Assembly (NCBI GenBank): GCA_002269645.1
Contig: NIVC01001567.1
Span: 124,001-188,000 of the forward strand
Direction: 5' to 3'
From: Macrostomum lignano
Taxonomy: Eukaryota
DNA: 64,000 nt
Below are positions 24,668 through 37,190 of this stretch, in pieces. The stretch's first letter is position 1. Each line of letters opens with the position of its first letter. Made by a program: the position numbers and the translations under genes. A model generated the notes under the pieces. The model made no database searches. It was not told where the DNA came from and saw nothing but the letters and a program-made list of their open reading frames with translations.

Positions 24668-25668
24668 ATCATAAAAGAGTTAGAAATCTGAAGTTTAGCT
24701 ATCAGTTAGAAGATAGGTAGAAATTTATGAAATGCCCAGGCGCAGTGAAGGGCGAGGCAGAAGAGCACAATGGAACCCTTAGATAGCTATTAAAAGAGCA
24801 AATAGAAGCAGCTTTAAGATAATTAATCAACTGTCAAGTCAATTTGAATAGCCGAATCTAACAAAGCCTCTTTCCATTCCAGTTAGTAGCGTCACCCCGC
24901 CGCGGGCACAATGGCGACTAAACCGGCCGGGAAAAGCAAACTGAGCAGCGGCCTGACTTAGAGAACAACGCGGCACGCGGCATCTTCTGGCGCAACCTGA
25001 GGGAGAAAACGTGAGGCCCACCTAGAGACTCCTACCCAACCCGAAGCTGCCCAAGAAGGCGAGATCAACCCCAAGCTGCCTGACAACCGAGAGAAACAGA
25101 GGACTGTTTAATCATTCATGGACAGAGTTAAGAGACAGAAAACTAAGCACTTTTTCTATAATCTTTCTATCCCAAATTTTATCCAACTCAACACATAGAT
25201 TTGCGAAAGCCCGAATAATCTCTAACCTTCACACTTAGCAAACTATTAGAACTAACTAATTTCATGTACTATTAGGGGACTGAGTCCCAGTTTGTTATTG
25301 CTCAAAACCCCCCGCCGTTGCTAACAACGCGAAGACACCCCACCGGTGGCGGGGGAGGCCAAAAATGCTAATTGGTACAAATAGACGCTCATCTCAAACT
25401 GGAGCGGCGCTTCGTTTTTTCTGCGCAGTTTTCAATCTTGAATCGCTCCATTTGAATTAGTTTCTGGATTATCCAGTTGGCACAAATCCAAGTCTTAATC
25501 AATTATTTGCCTTAACTATTGCATAGAGCAAATACTAGACAGAATCAAACTCAGCTTAGATACTAGGAGATCCCGTCAGTTTATACGGTTTTCTCTGACG
25601 GCCTGATAGGAGAGACTAAGAGCTGTAAGAACCTTAGACCGCTAGACATCTATCTCAAGAAAGTGAGA
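24668..25668 (+). repeat. Non-coding dispersed repeat, copy 1 (inverted relative to 34432-35950)
   Basis: Long colinear matches to the reverse complement of 34432-35950, e.g. GAAATGCCCAGG.GCAGTGAAGGGCGAGGCAGAAGAGCACAA and CTCAGCTTAGATACT..G.CCCGTCAGTT.ATACGGTTTTCTCTGACGGCCTGATAG. This copy lacks a ~650-bp internal segment. Confidence 0.9.
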
Positions 25669-25699
25669 ACACAAACTCAAAGGCCCTAGTGAAAAACGC

Positions 25700-25915
25700 G
25701 TATAAGTTTACCAGAATAGCCCACCGGCAAGGCGTTGTGTCCCGGAATGTGCTCGATCTCGGATTAGCCTCCGGTGACCTCGTCTTCTACGTGCAAGACT
25801 TTAAAGTGGGCTCTGATATGGATAGTGACCATCTCCCAATTATACTCACTCTGGCGAGTAACTCCTCAGATTGGCAAGGGCCGGAGAAGGCTCGAAATTT
25901 CGCCAAAACCAACTT
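25700..25915 (+). mobile_element. Non-LTR retrotransposon APE/EEP endonuclease C-terminal fragment
   Basis: NVLDLGL..FKVGSDMDSDHLPIILTL..RNFAKTNF (SDH motif and post-EN RNF.K.N motif). Confidence 0.75.
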
Positions 25916-25919
25916 TGCC

Positions 25920-28397
25920 ACAGAAGCCACAGGATATTGTGGCACAGATGCCAAGGAAAAATATGTTGATAGAATGGTTGAAATTTATCAACAAATAAAG
26001 AATGGTCTTAAGGAGCCTAAGCATATTAATCATAATTTGACAGCACAAGAGGAGGCTTCTTTCTGTAAGGCTAAACAATGCTACATATGTGAGAAGGGGT
26101 TTGATATGGTTCCAGTTATGAAGGTGCATGTGAAGGAAATTGACAGTAAAGTTACTATAGAACCTTGGTGCAAAAAAATGTCTCAACAAGAGCAATAATA
26201 TCAGTAAATATAATATTACAAAGAAACAATGGAAAGAGTTTTACAAGGCTGAAAATGTGCGAATTGTAAAAATGACTTTACACTTAAGCTAGGTAAGGTA
26301 AGAGAACATTGTCACTATAGTGACAAATATAGAGGGGCTGCCTGTAAATCTTGCAATGCTCTCGAGAATAAGAAGCGAGTAATCCCAATCTACTTCCAGA
26401 ATGGATCCGACTGACTTTCACTTCTTAGTCACACACTTAAAGAGCAAAGAGGTAGGATAAATTATTTCCTCCACTATCTAAAACTTCTGAAGAGTACATT
26501 TCTCTCGAGTTTGGATGTAACAAAGTAGTACTGAGGTTTCTAGATTCATACAGGTTCTTGGCTTCCTCGCTGGATATCTGCGCAAAGTCCCTGAAGGATG
26601 AAGACTATCATAACAAAGAAATACTTAAAAAACGACAGCGATTTTCAATATGTGAAGCGCAAGGGTGTATTCCCATATGAGTATATCAGAAGCTTTGGAA
26701 GATTAGCAGAAACTGAGTTACCACCATACTCGAGGTTGAAAGGTGAAGATATTTCTTCAGAAGAATATGATTTTGCAAAACAAATGTGGAAAACTTTTAA
26801 TTGTAAGAATTTGGAGGACTAAATGATGCTGTATCTTAAAGTTGACGTTCTATTATTAACATATGTATTCGAACGCTATAGAACATTCTTCCTGTAACAC
26901 TTTCAGATTGATCCAGCCAGATGCTTCTCAGCACCAGGATTGATTTGGAATGCTGGATTGAAGAAAAGTAAAGTTGAGTTAGACTTGCTGGCGGATATCG
27001 ATATGATTCATATGATTGATAGTGGAATAAGAGGTGGATTTAGTGGAGTTCTAGGGTCAAGATATGTAAAGGCAAATAATCCATATCTTCCAGACTATGA
27101 TTCAAAAAAGCCAACTTCCTACTTACTTTACGTTGATTGTACAAAGCTCAATGGTTACAGAATGTTGGAACCTCTTCCTTTTTCTGACTTTAAATTGGAA
27201 ACTGATTCCAACTATTATAAAAATCCTCCAGAAGGACGTGGCTGTCTTGTTGAATGTGATCTTGAATATACAAAAGAATCAAAAAAGAAAACGTATGCCT
27301 TCACATTAGCACCTGAAAGTACAACGGTGTCAGAAAGTGAATTGAGTGAATATCAGAAAGGATGTCTAAAATTCGAAATGAAAAAGATTGGAAAAGTTCC
27401 TAAATTGATCCTTAATTGAAAAAATATATCAAAATATGTTGTACATCATAAGCTATTGCGATTCTATGAAGAGATGGGCTTGATAGTGACAAAAGTACAT
27501 AGGACGATTTCATTCAATGAAAAGCCATGGTTAAAGGAGTATATCGAGTTTAATACGATAGAAAGAAAGAAGGCAAAAAAAGCAAAAATTGAGTTCGAAG
27601 ACAATCAGTTCAAAATTCTTCATGTAAGCATCTTTGGCAAGACAATGGAGGATGTTAAAAAGAGTAAGCGATTTGAGTTGCTGACAAGTGAGGATGAGAT
27701 AATTAAGATAATATCCAAGCCAGATTTCATAGACTTCAAAATTTTTAATGAAAATCTAATTTGCATTCACCAGCGACCTAAGAATATCCCTCTTGGAACA
27801 AAGCCAACATACGCTGGACAAGCAATTCTATGAAACGTATGAAACGTTTTACAAAGTTTTCAAGTACAAATGGGGTGATAATGTTGAGATTGTTACCTCT
27901 GACACCGACTCATTCATCCTTCATGTAAAGACAGAAAATATTTATAAAGACATTGCTCAGATGAAGGAGCATTTTGATTTGTCGCTGCATACTAAAAAAT
28001 TTCCGATTGATTTACATGATATGACTAATTGTGGAAAGCTGGGGACATTCAAGGATGAATTGGCAAAATATGATTGCATAATGACAGAGTAACCGCTCTA
28101 AGATCGAAAGCATATTCATTTAAAACAGTTTGTGTCAGAACTCAAAAGGAAGGGAAGGAGGAGAAAAATTTAAAGGGAATCTCAAAGTCAACAGTGAAGC
28201 ATCATGTACAATATGATGACTATAGAAGTATACTACTTGATTATAACGAACCAGTCTATAGGAAAGTGTATAGCCTTAGATCAGACAAGCATAACATGAC
28301 TTTAATAGAACAAAATAAGAGGGCTATTAGTCCTTTCGATGACAAACGATACATTGAATCCAATGGAATTATAACACATCCTCATGGATTCAAATAA
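25920..28397 (+). pseudogene. Near full-length protein-primed PolB with an embedded endonuclease VII/HNH-like zinc domain (Polinton-type), multiply frameshifted
   Basis: CYIC / CANC..KVREHCHYSDKYRGAACKSCN; RFLDSYRFLASSLD; RKGVFPYEY; LYLKVDVLLL; GIRGG; YLLYVD (motif A); FK..SIFGKTME (motif B); SDTDSF (27901-27912); GKLGTFKDE; LRSKAYS; SPFDDKRY..THPHG. Confidence 0.97.
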
Positions 28398-28399
28398 GT

Positions 28400-28621
28400 T
28401 TAAAAAACCAAACAATTCAATTGCTTAAGAAGTTTTTCGCGTTGATCAATTAACTCTACATACTTCCTGATCTCTTTTATTTTTTTAACTAACTTGTCGA
28501 TTTTATCTTCAATAAATGCTTCTGCAAAAACAATAGCAGTTTCAAGAAAACATTTGCGATCACATAATTTATCAATAGATCTATAATCCGGATCTATTAT
28601 TCCACGATGTGTATGAACCAC
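28400..28621 (-). CDS. Small hypothetical ORF convergent with PolB
   Basis: 73-aa ATG ORF with an amphipathic Lys/Ile-rich helix, ending two bases from the PolB stop. No recognised domain. Confidence 0.25.
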   Translation of the reverse strand: MVHTHRGIIDPDYRSIDKLCDRKCFLETAIVFAEAFIEDKIDKLVKKIKEIRKYVELIDQREKLLKQLNCLVF

Positions 28622-28789
28622 CCTAAAGTTTTTTCTTTAATTCACCCTAAAGTACTCTCTGCCATCGCCATGATGATCAACCTAATCGAGAGTCGACAAC
28701 CCAAGCCGCCGCTAAATCAGCGATTGAATCTAACGAGAGACGAGCGAAATCTCTTAGCGTTCTATGAACAATTGGAAGTCTGAGACGAC

Positions 28790-31700
28790 GGACTATTAGT
28801 CATCCATCTCGACGATGTTGGCGAAGAGGATAAAGCGAGGATTGTCCTGCCGAAGAGTCTCGATGTCACGGTGTTCGCCGACCTGTATGGTCTCTTCAAA
28901 ATGTACGCCGGAACAGGTGTACCAAATTTTCAACCCGAGCACTGACCGAGAAAAAAAATAAATCGATTGCCCGAGGCCTGAGGATGACATCTGACCGAGT
29001 ATCAGAACTCCTAGAACGTGGTGACGCCTTTGCTAAATTTCGTTGTCAAGTGAAGACTCATTGTTCGACTAGCAAGACCCACAGAGATGCTGTGGATACC
29101 TATGTTAAAAACCAGAAAGAGCAGACGCGTCAGGGCAGAGCCGTGCGCACCCTGCTACGATGCGCCATTGCTACTATTGAAATGGCAGCTGCTGGTTCGC
29201 ACTATGAGACATTGATGAGTCTTTTGAACGCTTCAGACTGCGAAATTGGACAGCACGGCCATGGCTTGTAAGTTCTCTTAGATTTATTGCTCATAAAAAT
29301 AGCATTCTCTTACACCAGTTCTGTCTTCTTCGCACGCAGCGCATTCTGCAAGGAACTCTGGAAACTTCTTTATGCATGCGTCAATGACGAAACGGCCGAG
29401 TTTCTAGAGACTCCGCTGCCATCCACGGGGCAGCCGCCCCTGCTGACCATCACCTGCGATAAGAGCACGCCTAGTCGCACAACAAATCAGGCTGCAATTA
29501 TCCTTGCTCGATGCAGCACTGGCCCAGCCGTAGCCATTCCTGCTGGTGCACCTGCCGTCTATGACAGCAAAATGGAAGCCGATGGCGACACCCTGGCAAA
29601 GCGACTTATGGAGACACTGAAGGTAACTCTTTCCCATAACTCTTTCCCATCCCATTTTTTTCGTATGGTTGTTTTTATTCATGTACAACAAATTTACAAG
29701 GTCTGTTAATTTCGTGTAACTACTCAGGTACTACGACCACCCAAAGAAAACATCGTTGGTGTCGTGGCCGATGGCCAGTATCAAGCGGCAACATTTTGTA
29801 GAGCGATTCGGACGTCGACGTCGCCTGTCGACGATCTTGACAAGATCCCTGTAACATGGGATGCCGCGCACTACATAAATCTAGCTGTCACCGATGTCCG
29901 CGACGGGCCCGAAGGAGAAACGCTGCGATGTTTCATTAAGCGCGCCAATCATTTCGGAAGCCTCTTCAGCCGGGGACGGGGGCACGCTGCACTGCAAGCG
30001 GCCTCTGATGGCTTAGCTAGGGCTATGTCTTATTTCGCTAGCCAGCGATTCACGAGCTCGGCAGTAAAGTGAGTAAATAGCTTGGTTTCGTTCTAGTACC
30101 CCGTGTTTAATTGCATCACATATGTACATCTAATGCTAGCAATACTAATAATTCTTTGACAGGCAGTGGGCCGCGATTGAGCAGTGCTATGGAATGCTGC
30201 ACACTGCCTTCCGAGAAGAGAACCCATGGTGCTCAGACGATGAAGAGTTGCAGTACGCTATGTTCGGCAGCGACTTCGTCTTCGACCTCCTGTGCCTACA
30301 GGACCTAATATCTCCGACAGTTTCGCTAATGGAGATCGCCCAGGACTTGCAGCTGCCCCATTGGAAGGTGTCGCTGTTGGCCGATAACGTCGTGCAGCAT
30401 CTGGCAGAGCGCGCGGAAGCAGTTCGGATTGAGGATTACCCGCGACTGCAGGTAACAATGTAACAACTTATTCATACTTTTCATTTACAAATGCCTACTA
30501 ATTTCATCAACTCATCTTAGAATCAAAGACTTCGAAACTTTATGAAATATTTTGTTTATTTTAAGGCGTGCCACAAGTCAGTTCGGCCCGGAGGCTCATA
30601 CCAGTCGGTTGAATTGCTCAGTGGCTGGCTAGCTCTCCCGAATAAGCCGACGGTACGCTCTCGAGGTGGCCCGCGAACTGGTAAACCCAGTAGTACCGTC
30701 AATTGGCGCTGCCGAGATTTAAAGGACATGAAGAAGGTTATTGTCAATATTGATTTCAAAAAAGGAAAATGCCCATAAATCTTACACATTTTACCTTTTC
30801 TGACCCTGGCATTTTCAAACACCCCTCCGAATACTAAGGACACCGTCCAGCTGGCTGCAGCACTTCGCGATTCGTTCGTTGCACGGCTGCAAAAGTGCTG
30901 CAAATCGGACCCTTCTGTTGCCATGGACGCTGCTCGAGCCGTGAGCCTCCTGACTGCAGATGACATCGAAGAGTCGGTCGAAAAGGTGGCACACTCCGAA
31001 GAAGCCAAGAAGCTTGTGCATCTGGCCATTCAGCACGAGCGATTGGCCCCACATCTGAAGGTGTCCCTGTCGCGCAAGTACTCAGAATCGTTCATTTTGA
31101 CAATCCACGAAACGATTCTCTCCGGTGAAGGCCGGGAAGACTGGCTCCACCCTGCCGTCGAAGGTCGGATCGCCAAAGTTGCCATGGTTTCATAGAAGCC
31201 AGGCGACTTGTCACTGTGGCTGCAACTGACAATGGAGTCCGGTGAAGCGATCAGTGCGAGGCTTAATGAAGAGGCAATTTACGCTTCGTTCTACAGCGAC
31301 CCCAGGGTTTTTGGCCATGCTGGTCAGTCGATGTGCCTGCTACTTGATTATGGACCTTCACCGTGGTGGCACAGGTAAGCATTGTTATTTATTAACTATT
31401 GACAGAATTTTTAAGTATACCTGTACTGCAAAACTGCATTAATTCCTTCGAGTATTGTTTTCGAATCTTTCAGAGGCAATCGTTGAATCCTTCTACGCTA
31501 TGATGCAGTCTCAGCAAAAGATCAGCAGGCAGCTGAACGACACTTTGGAGCTGCAAACGAAGCTGCGGTGGATGCTGCCCCTAGTAGGTACCAACACAAG
31601 CGAGCAGCTCCTGGCTTGGGCAGCGAAGCTTTACTATGCTGGCGATCGTGAGCGGGGCTTGCGGCAGCATCCCGGTCCATTTTTGTCGACTCCAAGGCCA

Positions 31701-31820
31701 GGGCTGCTCGCAAGTATGACACCAGCAAAGTTGTTCACCCGCGTCGCACACTGGGGGCTTGGTGTCCATTCGTTGGAATTGATAAGTCGCTGGCAGAGTC
31801 TGACTGAAAACAATGATTAA
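28790..31820 (+). mobile_element. Intron-containing hAT-like DDE transposase (at least 6 GT-AG introns), slightly degenerate
   Basis: Splicing introns 29268-29339, 29623-29727, 30069-30162 and later ones joins CDKSTP (D), VADGQY (D), WDAAH, QRF, GW..W and GGTE|AIVESFY (E) in hAT order. Frameshifts are apparent near the start and near 31350. TIRs not found. Confidence 0.75.
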
Positions 31821-34185
31821 TGATTTTTGCTTCCCTTTTGCTGCTTTTTGCTTATCTATGAAACGTTTGAGCGTAGTTTAGGTATTGAATAAGACTCTTA
31901 TTTTACGGTTATGTTTAAGCTGCTTAATACATTTTGAGATAGTTGATAGAAAATATACAAAAACAATTTGGCATACCTGTGGGGTTTGGAAAATTGAGTT
32001 CCGAAAGATCGGCATACATCAGCCTGCACATGAAGCCTTTCCTCGACGTACATTCCAGGGTGTATGGGATACCTTCCTGACTATAGGGAGCACTCACATG
32101 TCAATTAAAAGCAAGGGCATGTGTAAACTTTAGATTGAAATTTAACTGACAACAAACAAATACTTTTAGCAGAGTAGGAGTTTCTTTTTTATTTAGAGTT
32201 GAGCAGGAAATATGCAAGCATGCTTTAAACACAAAACTGCCTGTAGAGTCAGCACAATATTATATGTATAACACATATTGTTGTTGCCAAGATGGGCATA
32301 AAGGTATAGAAATTATTTTCTATTCAAAAAGATCTTTATAAAGTTGGGAAAATTCCTTTAAAACTTAAAGCAGAGTAATAAAACTGCAACTTTGTGTTGC
32401 TAAACTATAGTTTTGTGGCATTTCTTCTTCAACCATAAAAAATTAAATTTTTAGATAAATAGAAAGCTCCTAGATGCATAAAAAGATGGCTAAAATACAG
32501 TCTGCATTGAATATCTTTTTTAAACAGAATACTTGTTTACTTGAATTGTCTGTCTAGATATCTGTCGGGAAATCACTACATTCAAAATCTTGCCCCCAAT
32601 TTTTGGATTTTGTCTTAAAATTAATTGTTTATTAATGAAAAATGTAAAACAAAAAATTGCAAATAGGTTAACTTGGACTTTTTTAATGTTTTATGTGGTT
32701 TTTTACTGATTTATTTAATGATATAAAGCATGAAAGCAAAAGTTTTTATCTAGAACTATTTTTAAAGACTTAGGCAAGTTAGGCTATCTTTTAAAAAGCT
32801 TTTTTAGATACATTACCATCTATCAAATGTCCACAGATTTGTTTTACCATTTTATCCTACATTTTTGGATTTTACCATATTATATTTATAGCATTCTTTG
32901 GCTATTTATAGCCAAAGATGAAAACTATAAATAAGGCCTAGAATCCCTAGTTTGAATTATTATATAATTATTATTAATATTACAAAATTTTTCTAATCAA
33001 GTCGAAACATGATTAGATAAGTTAAATAATTATAACAATGCAAAACAGTACATTACTAATTACCATTTATATTATATCAAGATCAAAATAAGCAAAGTAA
33101 AGTAGTAGGCCTAGGCCCTGCCTCTAGGTAGGGCCAGCATGGCTATCAATTATTTTTTTTCTATCATTTATTTCTATAGCCCTAGCGGCTAGCCTAACAA
33201 TAGCACTAACCACTAATTAATTAGGCTAGGCAGCAATATATTTAACTTCGGTAATTGACTTACCAGAGCAGAGTCTGGGCGTAAAGGGAAGAGAAAGATT
33301 AGAATTTTTTAGCGGATCCGGGTAAACTTTACCACGGTTTGCATTGCGTAACTGATACGTAGTATAACGAAGTGTTTATAAGTAAGAGATGCAAACAAAA
33401 GCGAAAGTAATAAGGTTTTTATACGCATATAAAAATTAATTAGGTAATATTTTTAGTTCAATTAAATTTATTAGAACTGGATTGGGATCCCCATGTCAAA
33501 TTATCGGTCCCCTAGCTAGTTGTTGAAATTGAAGATTCTTGGTATACGTATTACTGTTTTTTAATTTTATCATATCTCATATTTGATCATGCAGACTGCT
33601 GGGTCCCTAGAAGACATTGACTTGTAGATTCTAAGTAGATATTTTGTCTATCTTCGTGTTGCTGCGCAAGTACTTGCAAAGAACGTTGCAAGATCTTCGC
33701 TATAATAATATTTAGGTAAACTTACCAGATCTGGGCGACTTGCTACATCGTACAAGATCTTTGCTTTTATATCTTTTTATAGCTTCGAATCGCATATTTT
33801 ATGTGGAGGCATTGAGCTAGAGAGCTGTTTATTAATACATTTGTCAAGTCGCGCCCAGAAAACGATGACAAGGCCGCCCGTGGGCTTCATTTGAGTCAAG
33901 TACGAAGTTGTGTATTTGAGACGAGCGAAATATTGCAATATACGTGAGATACGAGGTGGTAGGTGGCGAGACCAATATATAGGCTTAAAAGACAAACAAG
34001 CTCAGCATCGATCACTACTGAATATTATCATGTCAAGGGGGAGAGAGGGAAAGTACGCAGAGCAGCGTACACCGGAGGCCGGTTTGGTTAGTTAGGCTGG
34101 CTGGCTAGTTAGAGTTACTCATTATTGGACTCAGGTGAGTCAGGTGCAGTGTAGTATTGTACATCAAAACACGCCCGGCACCTCA

Positions 34186-34313
34186 ACATTAATACCCATG
34201 CTTTAAGGGCGTTAATGGGAAAATCAGAGGGCGCCGTAATGTACTAATCCTCGGGCGCCTAACGGCGCCCTCTGATTTTCCCCTTAACGCCCTTAAAGCA
34301 TGGGTATTAATGT
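34186..34313. repeat. 128-bp inverted repeat (52-bp arms, one mismatch, 24-nt spacer); MITE-like
   Basis: Arm 34186-34237 versus the reverse complement of 34262-34313 differs at one base. Confidence 0.9.
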
Positions 34314-34431
34314 ATTAATAAACAGCTCTCTAGCTCAATGCCTCCACATAAAAATAAAAACTGTGAAGCGTATTTTAAGGGGTTAAAAATGTCTTCTGAC
34401 CACAGATACTAGATATAATTAATGTACGCGT

Positions 34432-35950
34432 TTACTTTCTGCAAATAGGTCTAGCGGTCTAAGGTTCTGAAAGCTCTTTGACTCTTCTATCAGGCCGTCA
34501 GAGAAAACCGTATGAACTGACGGGACCTCTTAGTATCTAAGCTGAGTGAGAATCTTTCTGGTATTTTCTCTGTGAGTAGAGATCTCCAAGCCTAGTTGGC
34601 TACTAAAAATAGTAAGATAAAAACATGAATACTATTTAAAAACTAACATGCATCATACTCTATATTTTCAGTAATACATGCAATATTACATAAACAGCAA
34701 GTAATCATTACATAGTCCGAAAAACCGGTTTTCAACCTATATTTCCAAATATGTGATGGGTTTCGACCTTCCGGCCCCCTTGTGGGGAAGCCTTCGGGCC
34801 TCAGGTCTCAGAAATAAATCAATTAGTCCTGGCCCCCCACTCCTGTCAGATGGTCAGCCCCATGGTAGCTTGATCGTGTGGCGAGCAGTCTAGGTCCTGT
34901 AGCTAAGAGAGGAATTTTGAAAGTACGAGCTAGAAATTAGCTAATCCGCAGATCAACTAACTTGCTGCCACCAGCCCGTGCGCCCTGGCTCACCACACCG
35001 GGACTCTCGAAATCGGGCTTCCGACTAGAAGGGGCTTTGCACTTACCTGCCAACTAGTGTCTTTTTGCTGTCTATCTCGAAGTCATAGCCGATGATAAGT
35101 AAGTGAACACTGATTTTTGTTCCCAGGCTTGAGGTCTGGAAGTGGGAGTTCGTGCGTTTAGACACTAGACTTTCTCTCTCTCTTCTCTTTCTCTCTCTCT
35201 CTCTTTTCATGTGCAACGTTAAGGCAAATGATTGATTTAGGACTTAGATTTGAGCCAACTGGAAAGTCCAGAGACCAATTCAAAGGAGCAATTCGAGATC
35301 AAAAACCGCGCAAGAAAACAGAAGCGCCGCTCCATTTTCGAGATGGCCGTCTATTTATACCGATTTAGCATTTTGACCCCCCCCGCCGCTTCGCGTGGTT
35401 AGCAACGGCGGGGGGTTTTAAGCAATAAAAAGCTGGGACTTAGTCCCCTAGTTGTACATGAATTTAGTTAGTTCTAGTATGTCGCCAAGTGTGAGGATTA
35501 GAGATTATTCGGGGTTTTGAAAATCTGTGTTGTGAGTTGGATAAAGTTTGGGATAGACAGATTATTAGAAAAAGAGCTTAGTTCTCCGTCTCTTGACTCT
35601 GTCCATGGATGATTAGACAGTCCTCTCTCTCTCTCGGTTGTCAAGCTACTTGGGGTTGATCTCGCCTTCTTGGGCAGCTTTGGGTTGGATAGAAGTCTGT
35701 AGGCGGGCCGAACGTTTTCTCCCCCAGGGTGCGCCAGAATCGGAAAGAGGCTTTCTATTAGATTCGGTTATTCATATCTGACTTGGCAGTTGAATAATTG
35801 TCTTAATGCTGCTTCTGTTTGCCCTTCTAATAGCTATCTAAGGGGTTCCCTTGTGCTCTTCTGCCTCGCCCTTCACTGCACCTGGGCATTTCATAAATTG
35901 CTACCTATCGTCTGGGTTAGGGTAAAACTTCAGATTTTAAACTCTTATGC
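34432..35950 (-). repeat. Non-coding dispersed repeat, copy 2 (longer, inverted)
   Basis: Reverse complement matches 24668-25668; carries an extra 34560-35215 segment. Confidence 0.9.
34730..34820 (-). ncRNA. Candidate degenerate type I hammerhead ribozyme
   Basis: Minus strand: CTGA-GACCT..[structured]..AGGTC-GAAAC. The core lacks NGA of CUGANGA and stem I is weak. Confidence 0.35.
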
Positions 35951-36649
35951 TAGAATAACTAGATGGACCACTCAGCACATTTGCTTATAAGCTATTTTCA
36001 GTTCAGTAGTAAGTTAAACTGAAGTATTTTAATGTATTTTAATGCCAATCAGGCTTATTTTGGCTCTTATACCCGCGCCTTTCCGCACACTACCCCCGCC
36101 CCACCGCAATTTTTATTGCCTTTCTCAGAATTCCAGCTTAAAGCTGCCACGTACATTTCAGTAAACTGCGCTAATGCACATTCGTACATATTATTGCTGA
36201 ACCAATTCTCAAGTTGTTTACGCCTGCAAGCTAGCTTTGGGCTTCTAAGCTTATCAAAGTTATTTCAGTTGTCTTAATTTATTTTTATAAAATAGCTAGC
36301 CTACGTGTATTCTTCTTTGCTACTGAACTGAAAGTAGACAAATAAAAGCTGCATTTTGACTAAGTATATGTGCCTGAGTGGCCTATCTAGTCATTCTAGT
36401 ATCTGCGCTGCTGACTGACGTGACATTTTGGCATTACTGAGAGTTAATTAGTCGAGTCATTAAAATTATGATACACTCACGAAAAATCTGCAGTATCTTT
36501 CTTCGTTTCAACTATATCTGTATATCGCGGTATATTGTGTGTACTTATAGTTTCTTTTATGCACTAATTTATAGTGACTTAATAAACTCTGCTTCCATAT
36601 ATGTCTGAGCCGACGATCTCGCACTGCCTGCTGTTCTCAAACTGTCAAG

Positions 36650-37190
36650 GCCGGTGCTGGACAATTTGGTTGCTAGCTGTTGTTGCGGCGAGTGTCGGCC
36701 TATAGTGGGTCAACACGCAGAAGAACCGTTGTGCTCTGCGTCCCGGCGGGATGACATTTATAGGCTGATTGTGTCAATATATGCTGGCGAGGAAACTTCC
36801 ATTCTGGTTCTCAACTTAACATCCGCTATACGAGCTGTCGATGCGGGCTTGACTGGGTCGAGTCTTGTCCTTTTGTTCTGTGAGCATCGACGTCATATAC
36901 TGTATGCAAGTCCGAAGGTTCAGCTTGACTGACCACAAGTTTCGGTAGTGGTCAAGACTAGCTAGCATGTGCCCTGCCTCTTACAATGCTGAGACCTGGA
37001 CGCTGGCGGACTCCTGAAAGATAGTGAGATCGGCAACGAGCGAGTTACCAACGTACTGCGCGCTGTATCGTCACGTTGAACCAAACATGTTGCATCGTGA
37101 AGGCGACTCGACAGCCTGGCAGGCCACATCATCCGCGCCGAGTAAAGTAGTTCCGTCATCTAGTGGCCTCGCGGTCACTGGAATTCCATG
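36650..37190 (+). mobile_element. RTE-like LINE ORF2 3' fragment, heavily decayed
   Basis: VGL*.VNTQK, YNAETWTL, VTN.L and RRL..LAGHIIR remnants in the order typical of the RTE RT C-terminus. Confidence 0.6.
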
